In this document: positions 36,373-47,257 of the stretch, in pieces | Numbering within the stretch: position 1 is the first letter of the stretch | Layout of the letters: each line of letters starts with the position of its first letter | Assembly (NCBI GenBank): GCA_013152415.1 | Contig: JAADGI010000019.1 | Coordinates: forward strand, 130,000-193,999 | DNA from: Gammaproteobacteria bacterium | GTDB lineage: Bacteria > Pseudomonadota > Gammaproteobacteria > HyVt-429 | Length of the DNA: 64,000 nt | Direction of reading: 5' to 3' | Position numbers and translations under genes: made by a program | The notes under the pieces: model-generated | The model's input: only the letters and a program-made list of their open reading frames with translations | Databases searched by the model: none | What the model was told of the DNA's origin: nothing

Positions 36373-38688
36373 CTATTTCGACTTGCGTCTACGTTGCCTG
36401 CGCCCTTTGCTGGTCTTGCCAGACTTCTTAGATTGTTTGCTTTCCTTCTTTGCCTTTTTGGTGCGTTTATCCCGCTTAGGGTTGCGTTTCCTGCCACCTT
36501 CACCCCCCAAAGGAGACTCGAGCTCAAAGTCGATACGGGCCTCATCCAGGTCCACCCTCACCACCTTTACTTTCAATTCATCGCCGAGGCGAAACACCTT
36601 GGCGCTATGTTCGCCGGTGAGCCGGTGATGGGCCGGATCGAAATGGTAATAGTCATTACCCAGGGCGGTCACATGCACCAGACCCTCGACAAAGATTTCT
36701 TTGAGCTCCACAAAAATACCAAAGCCCGTTACCCCGGTGATCTTGCCTTCAAAAACCTCGCCAACTTTGTCCATCATGAATTCCGCCTTCAACCAACCGA
36801 TGACGTCTCGGGTGGCATCATCGGCACGCCGCTCGGTCATAGAACAGTGCTCGCCCTGTTGGTTGACACTGGCCTGGGTCTCCTTGTCCTGGGCGATGGG
36901 CTTGCCGCTAATCACATGCTTAATGGCGCGGTGCACCATCAAATCCGGGTAGCGCCTGATGGGTGAGGTGAAATGAGTATAATTCACATAGCCCAAGGCA
37001 AAATGTCCTACATTATCGGGGCTATACATGGCCTGACTCAGGCTGCGTAGTAACACAGTCTGCACCAAAGTGATGTCACTGCGGCCTTCCAGTTGGGCGA
37101 TGAGATCGCCATAGTCCTTGCTGTCGGGCTTGTCACCGCCACCCAAATGCAATCCTAACTCAGCCAAAAAACTGCGCAGGTCTTCCAGCTTATCGGCACT
37201 GGGTCCTTCATGAATCCGGTACAGAGAGGGGTGTTTATATTTCGCCAGTAGATCGGCGGCGCAGACATTGGCCGCGAGCATGCATTCCTCGATCAACCGA
37301 TGGGCATCGTTGCGGACCGTGGGCACAACACACTCAATCCGCTTGTTGTCATCATAAACAATACGGGTTTCGGGCAAGTCTAAATCTACCGCACCCCGTT
37401 TATGGCGTGCGGTACGTAAAATCTTATACAAATCATAGAGTGCATGCAGCGAACCCAGCACAGTGCGATAACGTTCAATCAATCCCTGATCCTTGTCTAT
37501 CAAAATAGCTGCGGTCTGATCATAGGTCAGACGTGCCTGGGACCGCATTACAGCCTCATAGAAACGGAAGTCTTTGACGATGCCTTGCGAATCAATATCC
37601 ATATCACAAACCACACACAACCTGTCTACATCAGGATTGAGCGAGCATAGCCCATTAGATAAGGCCTCCGGCAACATAGGAATCACCCGTAGCGGGAAGT
37701 AGACTGAATTACCCCGTTGATAGGCCTCCCGGTCCAGATCGCTGCCGGGCTGAACATAACTGGACACATCGGCAATGGCCACGATGAGGCGGTAACCATT
37801 TTTTTGAGGCTCACAGTACACTGCGTCATCAAAATCCCGTGAGTCGGCCCCATCAATAGTCACCAGCGGCAAGTCACGCAGATCCTCGCGATTCTGTTTT
37901 TGCTCCTCAGGCACCTGGGCCGCTAAGGCATCGGCAGCAGCAGACACCGCCTGCGGCCACTGAACGGGTATTTCATGTTTGCGTATGGCAATTTCCACTT
38001 CCAGGCCCGGCGCCATGTGGTCCCCCAATACCTCGGTGATCCGCCCTGCCAGGCGGCTACGCCGGCCGGGTTGGGCCACAATCTGGGCCACCACGATCTG
38101 CCCCTGTCGCGCGTCTCCGCTTTCACCTGGGGGAATTAAAATATCCTGGGTAATCCGCTTGTCATCGGGCACCACAAAGTCCATGCCGTTCTCATTGATC
38201 AAACGACCAACGATGCTGTGATGATGGTGCTCCAGCACCTCAACAATGGCACCTTGCCTGCGCCCACGGTGGTCTACACCGACCACACGCGCCATGGCCC
38301 GGTCCCCGTGTAATACTCGGCGCATATCCCGGGGTGCCAGGAAGAGGTCCTCGCCACCCTCGTCCGGGATCAAAAAGCCAAAACCATCCGCATGCCCCAT
38401 GACACGACCGCAGATCATATCCATCTTGGCGGCCACCCCATAGCGGCCACGGCGGTTTTTAAGTAATTGCCCATCCCGCTCCATGGCGCGCAAACGGCGG
38501 GCAAAGGCCTCGGTATCCCGTTCACCGGCCACACCCAATGCCCGGCATATCTCCTTGAGAGATTGTTGCTCACCTAGGGCTCCCAGGTGATCCAGCACCA
38601 TCTCACGGCTGGGTACGGGAAATTCATAGCTACGGGTCTCCCTATCGATCATGGGGTCAACGGGTGTATCCTTGTTTGGGTTTGACAT
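36373..38688 (-). CDS. rnr: ribonuclease R
   Basis: The RNB catalytic domain (DADSRDFDDAV), a C-terminal S1 domain and a Lys/Arg-rich tail are present. Length 771 aa. Confidence 0.9.
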   Translation of the reverse strand: MSNPNKDTPVDPMIDRETRSYEFPVPSREMVLDHLGALGEQQSLKEICRALGVAGERDTEAFARRLRAMERDGQLLKNRRGRYGVAAKMDMICGRVMGHADGFGFLIPDEGGEDLFLAPRDMRRVLHGDRAMARVVGVDHRGRRQGAIVEVLEHHHHSIVGRLINENGMDFVVPDDKRITQDILIPPGESGDARQGQIVVAQIVAQPGRRSRLAGRITEVLGDHMAPGLEVEIAIRKHEIPVQWPQAVSAAADALAAQVPEEQKQNREDLRDLPLVTIDGADSRDFDDAVYCEPQKNGYRLIVAIADVSSYVQPGSDLDREAYQRGNSVYFPLRVIPMLPEALSNGLCSLNPDVDRLCVVCDMDIDSQGIVKDFRFYEAVMRSQARLTYDQTAAILIDKDQGLIERYRTVLGSLHALYDLYKILRTARHKRGAVDLDLPETRIVYDDNKRIECVVPTVRNDAHRLIEECMLAANVCAADLLAKYKHPSLYRIHEGPSADKLEDLRSFLAELGLHLGGGDKPDSKDYGDLIAQLEGRSDITLVQTVLLRSLSQAMYSPDNVGHFALGYVNYTHFTSPIRRYPDLMVHRAIKHVISGKPIAQDKETQASVNQQGEHCSMTERRADDATRDVIGWLKAEFMMDKVGEVFEGKITGVTGFGIFVELKEIFVEGLVHVTALGNDYYHFDPAHHRLTGEHSAKVFRLGDELKVKVVRVDLDEARIDFELESPLGGEGGRKRNPKRDKRTKKAKKESKQSKKSGKTSKGRRQRRRKSK

Positions 38689-38776
38689 GGAATCAGTCTG
38701 TCCGGTAGAGTCCGGCCCGCTCGGGGCACGTACAAAAAGTGAAAATATATTTTAGAATAGAGCCGGGTCAGCACAT

Positions 38777-38863
38777 GCCGAGGTGGCGGAATTGGTAGAC
38801 GCGCTAGCTTCAGGTGCTAGTGGGGGCAACCCCGTGGAGGTTCAAGTCCTCTCCTCGGCACCA
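38777..38863 (+). tRNA. tRNA-Leu (anticodon CAG)
   Basis: GCCGAGGTGGCGGAATTGGTAGACGCGCTAGCTTCAGGTGCTAGT...GGTTCAAGTCCTCTCCTCGGCACCA is a class II tRNA with anticodon loop TTCAGGT. It is very similar to E. coli leuPQVT. Confidence 0.9.
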
Positions 38864-39662
38864 AATTTTAGGTAGACCATAGCAGACCACGATAAACCAC
38901 GCAACACATTGTTATAAAAGCGTTTTTCTACGCCTCCTTTCCTCTACATATTGTCCGTCCTTCATTCCTTCCCTAACATTACTAATGAATTCATCAGTAA
39001 GGGAGAGAAAGCACCTTACTCAGGTCCTCATGCCCAAAGGCCGAGGCCATACGATCAATCTCGGCTTGCCTAAGACCTAGTCGCGCAGCCTCTTCACGCC
39101 ACGCTGCCACCGCCCGACCTCGGCGGCGGTCGCGTTCGCCTTATTTTAACCCAGCTCAAAGTACCCCACCACACTCATCGCCAGGCCCAGTGAAGCCGAG
39201 CCGTCATCGAGATCAATGGCCGTCGTCAGAACACGTGGCTTGATATCGATGGGCACCGGATTGAGATCATTAGGTCGGGGGCAGAATCGCCAAGAGTGCC
39301 GAACAGGGGGGTACCTGAAGGTGACCCTTATATAACCAGTGGTGTGGACTTTGGTTAGCAATTGTAAGTGTCGCTACCCCTAACAAAATCTGGAGTTTTG
39401 ACAAGATGAGGCTTTTGCAGATGCCAGGGGTACAATAATCGAATGAGATAAATCTCGTTCGTGTGCGGAAATCGACAGTAATACAAGACTTTTGCATATG
39501 ACTGGGGTACGAAGGTACCCTGAATGTCAGATTAAGACTAAGCCAACGGAACAAAAGACCTGTACCACCAAAAATGCCCAAGTGCTGGAAAATATGTTTC
39601 TGCCACACCTGGGGGCTCGAGGTTGCTTTGTGCAAACTCATTCATGACTGAGGGCCGAACAA
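38864..39662. other. ~800-bp non-coding / gene-fragment region between tRNA-Leu and the signalling island
   Basis: There is no intact ORF with recognisable similarity. Short protein-like frames occur (for example minus-strand ...AVAAWREEAARLGLRQAEIDRMASAFGHEDL). Repeated GGGTACC-like motifs are present. The position next to a tRNA gene is consistent with a decayed integration junction. Confidence 0.3.
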
Positions 39663-42600
39663 CTAAACGGCAAGCAACTTGACAACCATATTAAACAGCG
39701 TTTTGATTTCCATGGGCTTGGTCAGATAGCCCCGAATACCCAGCGCCTTGGATTTTACCTCATCCACTTGCTCACTGTAGCCAGTACACAGGATTACAGG
39801 CAGTTCAGGCCTCAGCGCCATCACTTTCTGCGCCAATTCCACACCCGTCAGCCCCGGCATAGTTTGGTCGGTAATGATGAGATCAAAAGCTGCCGGATCC
39901 TGACTGAACAAATCCAATGCCGCACGGCTCTCTGTCAGTACCGTGATCTTCCCTCCACGATTCTCCAACAAACTACCCATGAACCTGCCGATTGATTCTT
40001 CATCATCGACAATGAGTATGCGAGCACCCTTTAAATTTTTGGGTATAAGCTTAACATCTGACTGGGCACCTGGCTCATGGATTGACACACCCTCTGCTAT
40101 GGGCAATAACAATCGAAAAGTGGTTCCAAGCCCAAGCTCCGTATCCACAAGAATATGGCCCTCATGTTGATGAATAATACCATACACCATAGACAGCCCC
40201 ATACCGGTCCCTTTGTCCACATCTTTAGTTGTGAAAAACGGTTCAAAAATCCGTTCCAACTCGTCAACACTTATCCCGGTACCAGTATCCTGCACAGATA
40301 ATTCGACGTAATTCCCTGATGCAATTTCAATATGACAGGCATCACAAGTACAACGTAACACCGCATTACTTGGCACTGATTGTAAAATTTCTTGATTACT
40401 GTTTTTTCTAATACGAACACGACGTGCACGGATATCAAGACGCCCCTTACCCCCAACTGCATCCCGGGCATTAATGCATACATTCATCAGAACTTGTTGT
40501 AACTGTACTGGTTCCATCATCACCGCCGGAACATCCGTATCACAATGGCCGGATAATTCGATACTTGAAGGTAATGTGGAGTGCAACATTTTAACTACTT
40601 CTTTTATCATGGGGGATATCGGCACCCGGCTCACTGTGCTGCTACCGGTTCGACTAAAGGCCAGCATCTGGCTCACCAAATCACGCGCCCGTTCACCCGC
40701 CTGTGAAACCTCATTGAGGTACTCACGAAGTTCTGGCTGATTATTATTTGCAAAACGCTGTAAGGCCAGGCTGGTAAACCCCAGGATTGAGGCAAGAATA
40801 TTGTTAAAATCGTGAGCGATACCGCCGGTAAGCTGGCCAATCGCCTCCATCTTTTGCGCCTGCCGGAGTTGTATATTTAATTGGTGGCGCTCCTTGTGTG
40901 AACGTAAAGTCACAATGCCATAGGCCAGATCGTCAGCTAACTCCTGAAGAAGACGTACTTCTTCCTCATCATCGAATGCACTCTCTTCATGTGCGTAAAT
41001 ATTCAGCACCCCAAATGTCTGTTCTTTGTTTTTGAGAGGCAGCGCAACAGATGATCTATACCCATGTTTCAAGGCCGATTGTCGCCATGGTATATAACGG
41101 GGGTCTTCTAGAATATTACGAATAATACTAAGCTTGCCGCTTCGAATTGCGATCCCTGTAGGACCTTGCCCTCTTTCCGTATCGGCCCAAGTTAGATTTA
41201 CTGTCTCAAGATAGCCCTCATCATAGCCTGCCTGGGCCATGGGTTTAACAGTCTTCGCTTCATCATGCTCGGCAAACCCCACCCAAGCCAGTCGGTACCC
41301 CGAAATCTCCACGATAATACGGCACACCTTGTTTAATAATTCCGCTTCATCTTCGGCCCGCACCAGGACTTCATTGCATGCACTTAACGCCTTCAACGAT
41401 CTATTGAGCCTTCTCAAGGTTTGCTCAGTCTGATATTGCTCTGTTATATCCTGCACCGTACCGACGGAACGGACCGCATTACCCGTATCATCATAAAATG
41501 TCTCACAACGTGCCATAACATGTTTGATTTTACCGTCCGGCATACGGATACGATAGGCAATGTTATAGGGCAATTTATTCTTGAGTGATGCCGTATAAGC
41601 AGTTTCCACCTGCTCCCGATCATCCGGATGCATGAGATCCAGGTAGGTCCCAAAAGTTACGTCGATCTTCCAGGGATCGACCTCAAAGATACGGTAAATC
41701 TCCTCCGACCACTCCAGTTTATTGGTCACCAGATCCAGCTCCCAGTTGCCGATACGGGCCATGCGTTGTGCCTCGGCCAATCCCGCTTCACTATCGCGAA
41801 GTGCCTGTTCCACCCACAACCTTTCCAACTCCGCCGCCACTCGGACAGCGAAGATTTTGAGTATGGCCCCCACCATTCCGGCATTTTCCATGGGTTTGTC
41901 ATCCATCACCACAATCAGGCCGATGGGCTTACCGGTAGTATCCACTAAAGGTGCCCCAACATAGCTTTGTGCACCCATCTCTTTGAGCATGGGATCATCG
42001 GGAAACAGATACTGGATATCACGGGGATAAGCCTGAACACCGCAAGACGAAGACACCCCTACGACGTGCTCGCAGGGAGAACGCACTAATTCATAACTCG
42101 GACCATCAACAACCTCACCCTGAATACACAGGGCAACGGTGTCGACCGTGCCCGGTCTTTGTTTGTCCAGCAGACCGATGAAAGTGTATTTGGCATTGAA
42201 TGTCTTCGCCAAGTGTATAGCCAGCGATTGGAAAAAGGCCTCACCGATCTGGGACGAAACCCCAACAGCAATATTGTGCACGGTCTCCTCGGTATGCTTG
42301 CGCTCGGTTATATCCGTAATTGTTCCAACATAACCGACTATCACACCGTTTTCGTTCAGATCAGCCCTTGCCTGACCTAAAACCCACTTTGTAACACCTT
42401 CGGGTGTCCTGAAACGATATTCGCTCTGAAATGGCAAACTATTGTCGAAGGCCAATAGCCATTCTTCAAAAACGCGCTTGCGATCATCAGAGTGTATACC
42501 ATGGATCCAACCCTCACCCTGTGCATCTTCAAAAGTCATTCCTGAAATCATGCACCACCGTTCATTCACGTAGAGACAATTCCCAGCTGCGTCCGTACGG

Positions 42601-43568
42601 AATATCCCTACAGGTGAGACTTCTGCTAACACTTGATATCGCCTTTCGCTCTTCCGTAGCGCTTCATTGGCTTGTTTTGCAGTTTCTTTTGATCTGTCCA
42701 GTGCGCTGCCCATATGCCGGGATATTAATGTTGCAATAAATCCTGTGATAATAATAACTACTACCGTCAAGGCTGATGATATAAGCGCCGGATTTATTTT
42801 TGTCATTTGCATTAAAAAGAGAACCGCCACCCCACCAAATACAACCGATAACACCGAGAGAGGCAGGATAAAACGAAGTAAGTAACTGCGCGTAGAAGTC
42901 TCTGTCAAGAACCGCAGAGGGAAAGCATCCCCTTCAGCGGTCAGGATAGAAATGGACAGGAATGCAAAACCCAAAGCTGTCGTCAGTGCCATCGGAATGG
43001 TGGCGCCAAGCCCATAAAGCAGTGGCATCCCATAGAAATAAGCCAAACAGAAGGAAAAACTAATTAGCAGCACGAGAAAGCCCAACCCACTTACAAAATA
43101 TTCCACAAGCGTGTTGCCTTCCGGGAACTTTCGCTTAAAGATGAGAAAGAACACAGCAGTACCTGAAAGAAAAAAGGCGCCCCCCGTGGCAGGAGACATT
43201 CGTGCAATAGGAACCCCATTGAGCTTTCCTACAGCAGGGACAAGTATATCTTCAAAATTAAGGTCTATTCCGCTGAAATACCCAGCGACTTCCAGCACCC
43301 CGAACAGAGATACCAGAAAAGTGATTGCCATAAGGCTGGTTACTTTGGCCCCAGGGTACCGCCTGATATTTAAAACCAACAGAACAAAGCCAAGAATAAT
43401 AAAATTTACCGCTGTACTCGGCGCCATAGGGATATAGCTCTCCCTAACGCTACCGAGCAGACCCATGCCAGGCAGATATCCCACCAGCCCCAGAATTGCG
43501 AACATGATTGCGCCTGATGCGCCAACCGTGGACCATGGCTTCAGTACATTTTTCATGCAGCACTCCAA
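39663..43568 (-). CDS. hybrid sensor histidine kinase (multi-TM N-domain, PAS-GAF-PAS, HisKA-HATPase, C-terminal REC)
   Basis: 1301 aa. About 8 N-terminal TM helices. PAS/PAC repeats. HisKA IAHDFNNILASILGF. HATPase GTGMGLSMVYGII. Receiver ARILIVDDEESIG...DLIITDQTMPG. Confidence 0.85.
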   Translation of the reverse strand: MECCMKNVLKPWSTVGASGAIMFAILGLVGYLPGMGLLGSVRESYIPMAPSTAVNFIILGFVLLVLNIRRYPGAKVTSLMAITFLVSLFGVLEVAGYFSGIDLNFEDILVPAVGKLNGVPIARMSPATGGAFFLSGTAVFFLIFKRKFPEGNTLVEYFVSGLGFLVLLISFSFCLAYFYGMPLLYGLGATIPMALTTALGFAFLSISILTAEGDAFPLRFLTETSTRSYLLRFILPLSVLSVVFGGVAVLFLMQMTKINPALISSALTVVVIIITGFIATLISRHMGSALDRSKETAKQANEALRKSERRYQVLAEVSPVGIFRTDAAGNCLYVNERWCMISGMTFEDAQGEGWIHGIHSDDRKRVFEEWLLAFDNSLPFQSEYRFRTPEGVTKWVLGQARADLNENGVIVGYVGTITDITERKHTEETVHNIAVGVSSQIGEAFFQSLAIHLAKTFNAKYTFIGLLDKQRPGTVDTVALCIQGEVVDGPSYELVRSPCEHVVGVSSSCGVQAYPRDIQYLFPDDPMLKEMGAQSYVGAPLVDTTGKPIGLIVVMDDKPMENAGMVGAILKIFAVRVAAELERLWVEQALRDSEAGLAEAQRMARIGNWELDLVTNKLEWSEEIYRIFEVDPWKIDVTFGTYLDLMHPDDREQVETAYTASLKNKLPYNIAYRIRMPDGKIKHVMARCETFYDDTGNAVRSVGTVQDITEQYQTEQTLRRLNRSLKALSACNEVLVRAEDEAELLNKVCRIIVEISGYRLAWVGFAEHDEAKTVKPMAQAGYDEGYLETVNLTWADTERGQGPTGIAIRSGKLSIIRNILEDPRYIPWRQSALKHGYRSSVALPLKNKEQTFGVLNIYAHEESAFDDEEEVRLLQELADDLAYGIVTLRSHKERHQLNIQLRQAQKMEAIGQLTGGIAHDFNNILASILGFTSLALQRFANNNQPELREYLNEVSQAGERARDLVSQMLAFSRTGSSTVSRVPISPMIKEVVKMLHSTLPSSIELSGHCDTDVPAVMMEPVQLQQVLMNVCINARDAVGGKGRLDIRARRVRIRKNSNQEILQSVPSNAVLRCTCDACHIEIASGNYVELSVQDTGTGISVDELERIFEPFFTTKDVDKGTGMGLSMVYGIIHQHEGHILVDTELGLGTTFRLLLPIAEGVSIHEPGAQSDVKLIPKNLKGARILIVDDEESIGRFMGSLLENRGGKITVLTESRAALDLFSQDPAAFDLIITDQTMPGLTGVELAQKVMALRPELPVILCTGYSEQVDEVKSKALGIRGYLTKPMEIKTLFNMVVKLLAV

Positions 43569-43819
43569 TTCTGCACCGGTTTCTACGGTAGAAGCACCGG
43601 ATACCGGTCAGGTCCTTCCTGACTATAAGATGCGCGGTGAGGTTCCGAACTCCGTGGCTCTGGCTGTATAGATGTTCGGATCACTACGCCTCAATCACCG
43701 ATCCACTGCTTAACACTAAATAGCATATTTTTATGTACGCCGTTACCTGGTCCTGCTCATCTGGGCAATCATTCTACAACCGCAGACTCAGATCTTCCCC
43801 ACCCACATCGGCCTTGTGA

Positions 43820-46800
43820 TCAGACACTCTTGAGCAGATTTTCAACCAACCCCAGAAATTTATCGGTTTCTATCGGCTTGTCAACATAGCCTCTAATCCC
43901 CAGTGATTTGGCCTTGGCCTCATCAATATACTCGCTATAACCCGTACACAAGATCACCGGTAATTGTGGCCGAATCTCTAACAATGACTGCGCCAGTTCC
44001 ACGCCCATCATACCCGGCATGGTCTGATCTGTTACCACTAAATCAAATGCCTCTGGATTCTGCTTGAATCTTGATAACGCCAATCGGCTATCGGTTACTA
44101 CGGTAGTTTGACAACCATGACTTTTCAACAACTCGCCAATAAAGCCTCCAACCGAAACCTCATCATCCACAATTAAAATGCTCGCATCTAAAGTTGGATC
44201 TGATGATGTCTTCGTATCACTGTCCTGCCTATTCACGGTATCAACCTTTATATCTACTGCTGGGAATAATAGATTGAAGCTAGTGCCTTTCCCTGACCCA
44301 GTCTCCACGATAATATGACCGTCATGATCATGCATAATGCCATGCACCATAGACAAACCCATTCCTGTCCCCTTACCCACCTCCTTGGTGGTGTAAAATG
44401 GGTCAAAGAGTCGATCAAGTTGTTCCACATGAATACCGGACCCGGTATCACGAACAAAAAGCTTAATGTAATCGCCTCTAATCATTTTATGACAGGAATG
44501 ACATTGCTTTACGATATTACTCTCTCGCTGCAATCCGATAGTAAGACGGCCCTTTCCTTCCATGGCATCTCGTGCATTGATACATAAGTTCATGACCAGT
44601 TGATGTAGTTGCACCGGGTTCGTCATGATAGCCAAATTGCCACTCTCCATCTGTAAATCAATCTCGATACTCGATGGCAAAGTAGTACCCAGCATCTTCA
44701 ATGACCCCTTTATCAAGGCCGGCAACACATGCAGATCAAACTCCCCCTCACCCCCACGACTAAATGCCAACATTTGTGACACCAGATCACGTGCCCGCTT
44801 ACCCGCTCTATAGACTTCGCCAAGACAATCTTCAATTTGATTATTATCGTATTGCCCCAGCCCTTCACGCGCCAGTTCTGTGTAACCCATGATTGATGTC
44901 AGCATATTATTAAAGTCATGGGCAATGCCGCCCGTCAGTTGGCCGATGGACTCCATTTTCTGGGCCTGCTGTAACTGTCGTTGTAATTGCCTACGTTCAC
45001 TGATATCGCGCTTAATAGCAATAAAGTGGCCGATTCTTCCGTCCGTATCCAATACGGGTGTGATACTTTCTTCTTCCAGATACAGACTGCCGTCCTTGCG
45101 CTTGTTCCACAGATCTTCATGCCACGTCTTACCAGAGAGTATGGTATCCCATAGCCGTTTGTAGAATGCCTTATCATGTTTTCCGGACTTAACTATCCGT
45201 GGGTTTTTTCCCAGCACCTCACCCAACGTGTAACCGGTTAATCTGGTGTAGGCCGGATTAACCCATTGGATACTCCCGTGCCGATCGGTAATAACAATCC
45301 CGTCAGCCGTCGCCATAAGGGCTGAGGCCTGCAAGCGTGTTTTGGCTTGCGCAAATTCGAGTTCAATTACCTCGGAAAGAATGTTTGCCACCGCCAAAAG
45401 AAAATTACTATCATCTTGGGTAAAAACCCGGTGCTCACTTGTGTGGACACCGAGAATACCAAAGGGTCGGCTCCCCCCATGAATGATGATGCTCATACCA
45501 CTGACCACACCGTGGTCATGCAGCAACTGGGGTCCCGTAAAACGTGTCTCTTGATGCAGGTCTGCAACAATGACCGGATTTTTACAAGCAAGAGTGTAAC
45601 CCGCTTGCGAGTCTATTCCGGCATCCACGATGGCCCGACCCACAAGCCCCTCTTTCCATCCCACACCAGCACGCAATACCAGCGTCTTGGCATCATCAAG
45701 TAACTCCAGAATCTTGCAGTACTCCACCTCCAGGACCTGAGCAATGTACTCAACCGTTGTATCCATCAATGCGGCAAGCTCCATACCTGACAAGGCACGT
45801 TGTCCCAATTCCGCCACTGCCGCTTGTTGGTGTACACGCCTTATCAATGCCTCATCTACTTCCAGACGCCGCACTCTGGCTTGTGCCTGCCACCAGGTGC
45901 CTGCGACCATCAACCCTAACAACGGCATGGCGATCAACGACAGTTTCACAGCAAGGGTGTTCGCAGCAACATCGAGAGTCTTGCCTGGAACGTGGGCGAC
46001 AGCTTTCCAGTGGTATTCCTTATCCTTGGCCCCGTTAGGACCCAACTCGTCTGCAAGCTCCATTCTGGCAAGTGTTTTTCGTCCCTCCCGCAGGGGGTAG
46101 ACTGTAGTAAATGTAAATAAGCCATCACTGGTGTAGAAATGACCCTCATCCACTTTTTCAATTCGCTCCCAAACCCCTGGAAACTGTTTCTTGAATGTGT
46201 GTTTCGAACTCAACTGGGAGCCCCATTTCAATTGCGGACGTAGGCCAAACATCCAGAATCCACTTGCATCCAAAAGCATCACACGATCTGTGGTGTCAGC
46301 TGTCGCCTTCTTGAAGCCCTGTATTAAACTGGAGCCCAGGTAATTAAGGACAACAATGCCCTTTATTTTTTCCTGGCCATAAAGCACCGGGGTTGCCAGC
46401 CGAATAACGGGCTTATATGGCCTTTCCACTTTGCCGTACTCAACATTCAAATCCAAAGGAGAAATAAATAATTCTCCCTTTTTAAGGCCCATGGTGTCCG
46501 TAAAATAACGGCGCTTACTTTTATCTTGTAGTTGATCTTGTGGAACGATATAGGACTGTTTGAGGCCGAGATTTATCCTGATAACCTCCTTTCCGGTTTC
46601 ACCCAGGAAACGGAGCTGATCGTAGTGCCGTTTATTTTGCGAAAAAATCAGAAACTCTTGTGCCAGCTGCCCAAGTCCCTGAAAGGCCTGTTGTGTATTC
46701 ACTGTAATAAATTCACTGTGTTGCGAAAGAACCCTCAAATCGGCAATGGCGGCTTCCATATCCTTTTCCATAACCTGTTTTCCAAGGCTAATATGCAAGG

Positions 46801-46936
46801 TCTCTTCCGCCTCAAGAATGGCTCTCTGCTTCTTGACCCCAGAGGAGTAAAGATAACCAATAACCAGGCCAAAGATGACCACTATTGGTACAAACATGCG
46901 CAGGAATTGCTTAACAATACTTTTGGGTATTTGCAT
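43820..46936 (-). CDS. hybrid sensor histidine kinase (periplasmic Cache-like domain, PAS-GAF-PAS, HisKA-HATPase, C-terminal REC)
   Basis: The start is at the internal Met MQIPKSIVKQ. One TM helix, then a periplasmic sensor, then a second TM. HisKA IAHDFNNMLTSIMGY. Receiver ILIVDDEVSVG...DLVVTDQTMPG. The C-terminal half is paralogous to the preceding kinase. Confidence 0.85.
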   Translation of the reverse strand: MQIPKSIVKQFLRMFVPIVVIFGLVIGYLYSSGVKKQRAILEAEETLHISLGKQVMEKDMEAAIADLRVLSQHSEFITVNTQQAFQGLGQLAQEFLIFSQNKRHYDQLRFLGETGKEVIRINLGLKQSYIVPQDQLQDKSKRRYFTDTMGLKKGELFISPLDLNVEYGKVERPYKPVIRLATPVLYGQEKIKGIVVLNYLGSSLIQGFKKATADTTDRVMLLDASGFWMFGLRPQLKWGSQLSSKHTFKKQFPGVWERIEKVDEGHFYTSDGLFTFTTVYPLREGRKTLARMELADELGPNGAKDKEYHWKAVAHVPGKTLDVAANTLAVKLSLIAMPLLGLMVAGTWWQAQARVRRLEVDEALIRRVHQQAAVAELGQRALSGMELAALMDTTVEYIAQVLEVEYCKILELLDDAKTLVLRAGVGWKEGLVGRAIVDAGIDSQAGYTLACKNPVIVADLHQETRFTGPQLLHDHGVVSGMSIIIHGGSRPFGILGVHTSEHRVFTQDDSNFLLAVANILSEVIELEFAQAKTRLQASALMATADGIVITDRHGSIQWVNPAYTRLTGYTLGEVLGKNPRIVKSGKHDKAFYKRLWDTILSGKTWHEDLWNKRKDGSLYLEEESITPVLDTDGRIGHFIAIKRDISERRQLQRQLQQAQKMESIGQLTGGIAHDFNNMLTSIMGYTELAREGLGQYDNNQIEDCLGEVYRAGKRARDLVSQMLAFSRGGEGEFDLHVLPALIKGSLKMLGTTLPSSIEIDLQMESGNLAIMTNPVQLHQLVMNLCINARDAMEGKGRLTIGLQRESNIVKQCHSCHKMIRGDYIKLFVRDTGSGIHVEQLDRLFDPFYTTKEVGKGTGMGLSMVHGIMHDHDGHIIVETGSGKGTSFNLLFPAVDIKVDTVNRQDSDTKTSSDPTLDASILIVDDEVSVGGFIGELLKSHGCQTTVVTDSRLALSRFKQNPEAFDLVVTDQTMPGMMGVELAQSLLEIRPQLPVILCTGYSEYIDEAKAKSLGIRGYVDKPIETDKFLGLVENLLKSV

Positions 46937-47257
46937 GTAGAGACGGCCACCCTCGACTCGTGATTGTTTGCTCGTCACCAGGTCCACTGCCCCAAGTGCC
47001 CAGCCTTATATCTCAGTCTTTGCTTACAGGCCATCCTGATGGCTGACCATCAATTACAAACGGCAGCAGCAAATCTACGTGAATAAGCTCAAGCCCTTTA
47101 TGTTGAGCCTTCGCCACAAAGAAATAGAATTCACAGGGAAAATATGTCTTATCATCATCTGCTCTACAAACAAACAGGGAAGAGCCCTTCTGTCCATTCA
47201 CCAACACGACTTTTGAAATTCACCCTAGACACCAAATGATAAATTTCTTATTCAGCT

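Noticed and set aside
47013-47207. 64-aa ORF between the HD-GYP regulator and the second hybrid kinase
   Set aside because: It has no motif, no RBS and low-complexity hydrophobic content. It lies in the 5' leader of the kinase once the kinase start is moved to the internal Met, so it is treated as non-coding.
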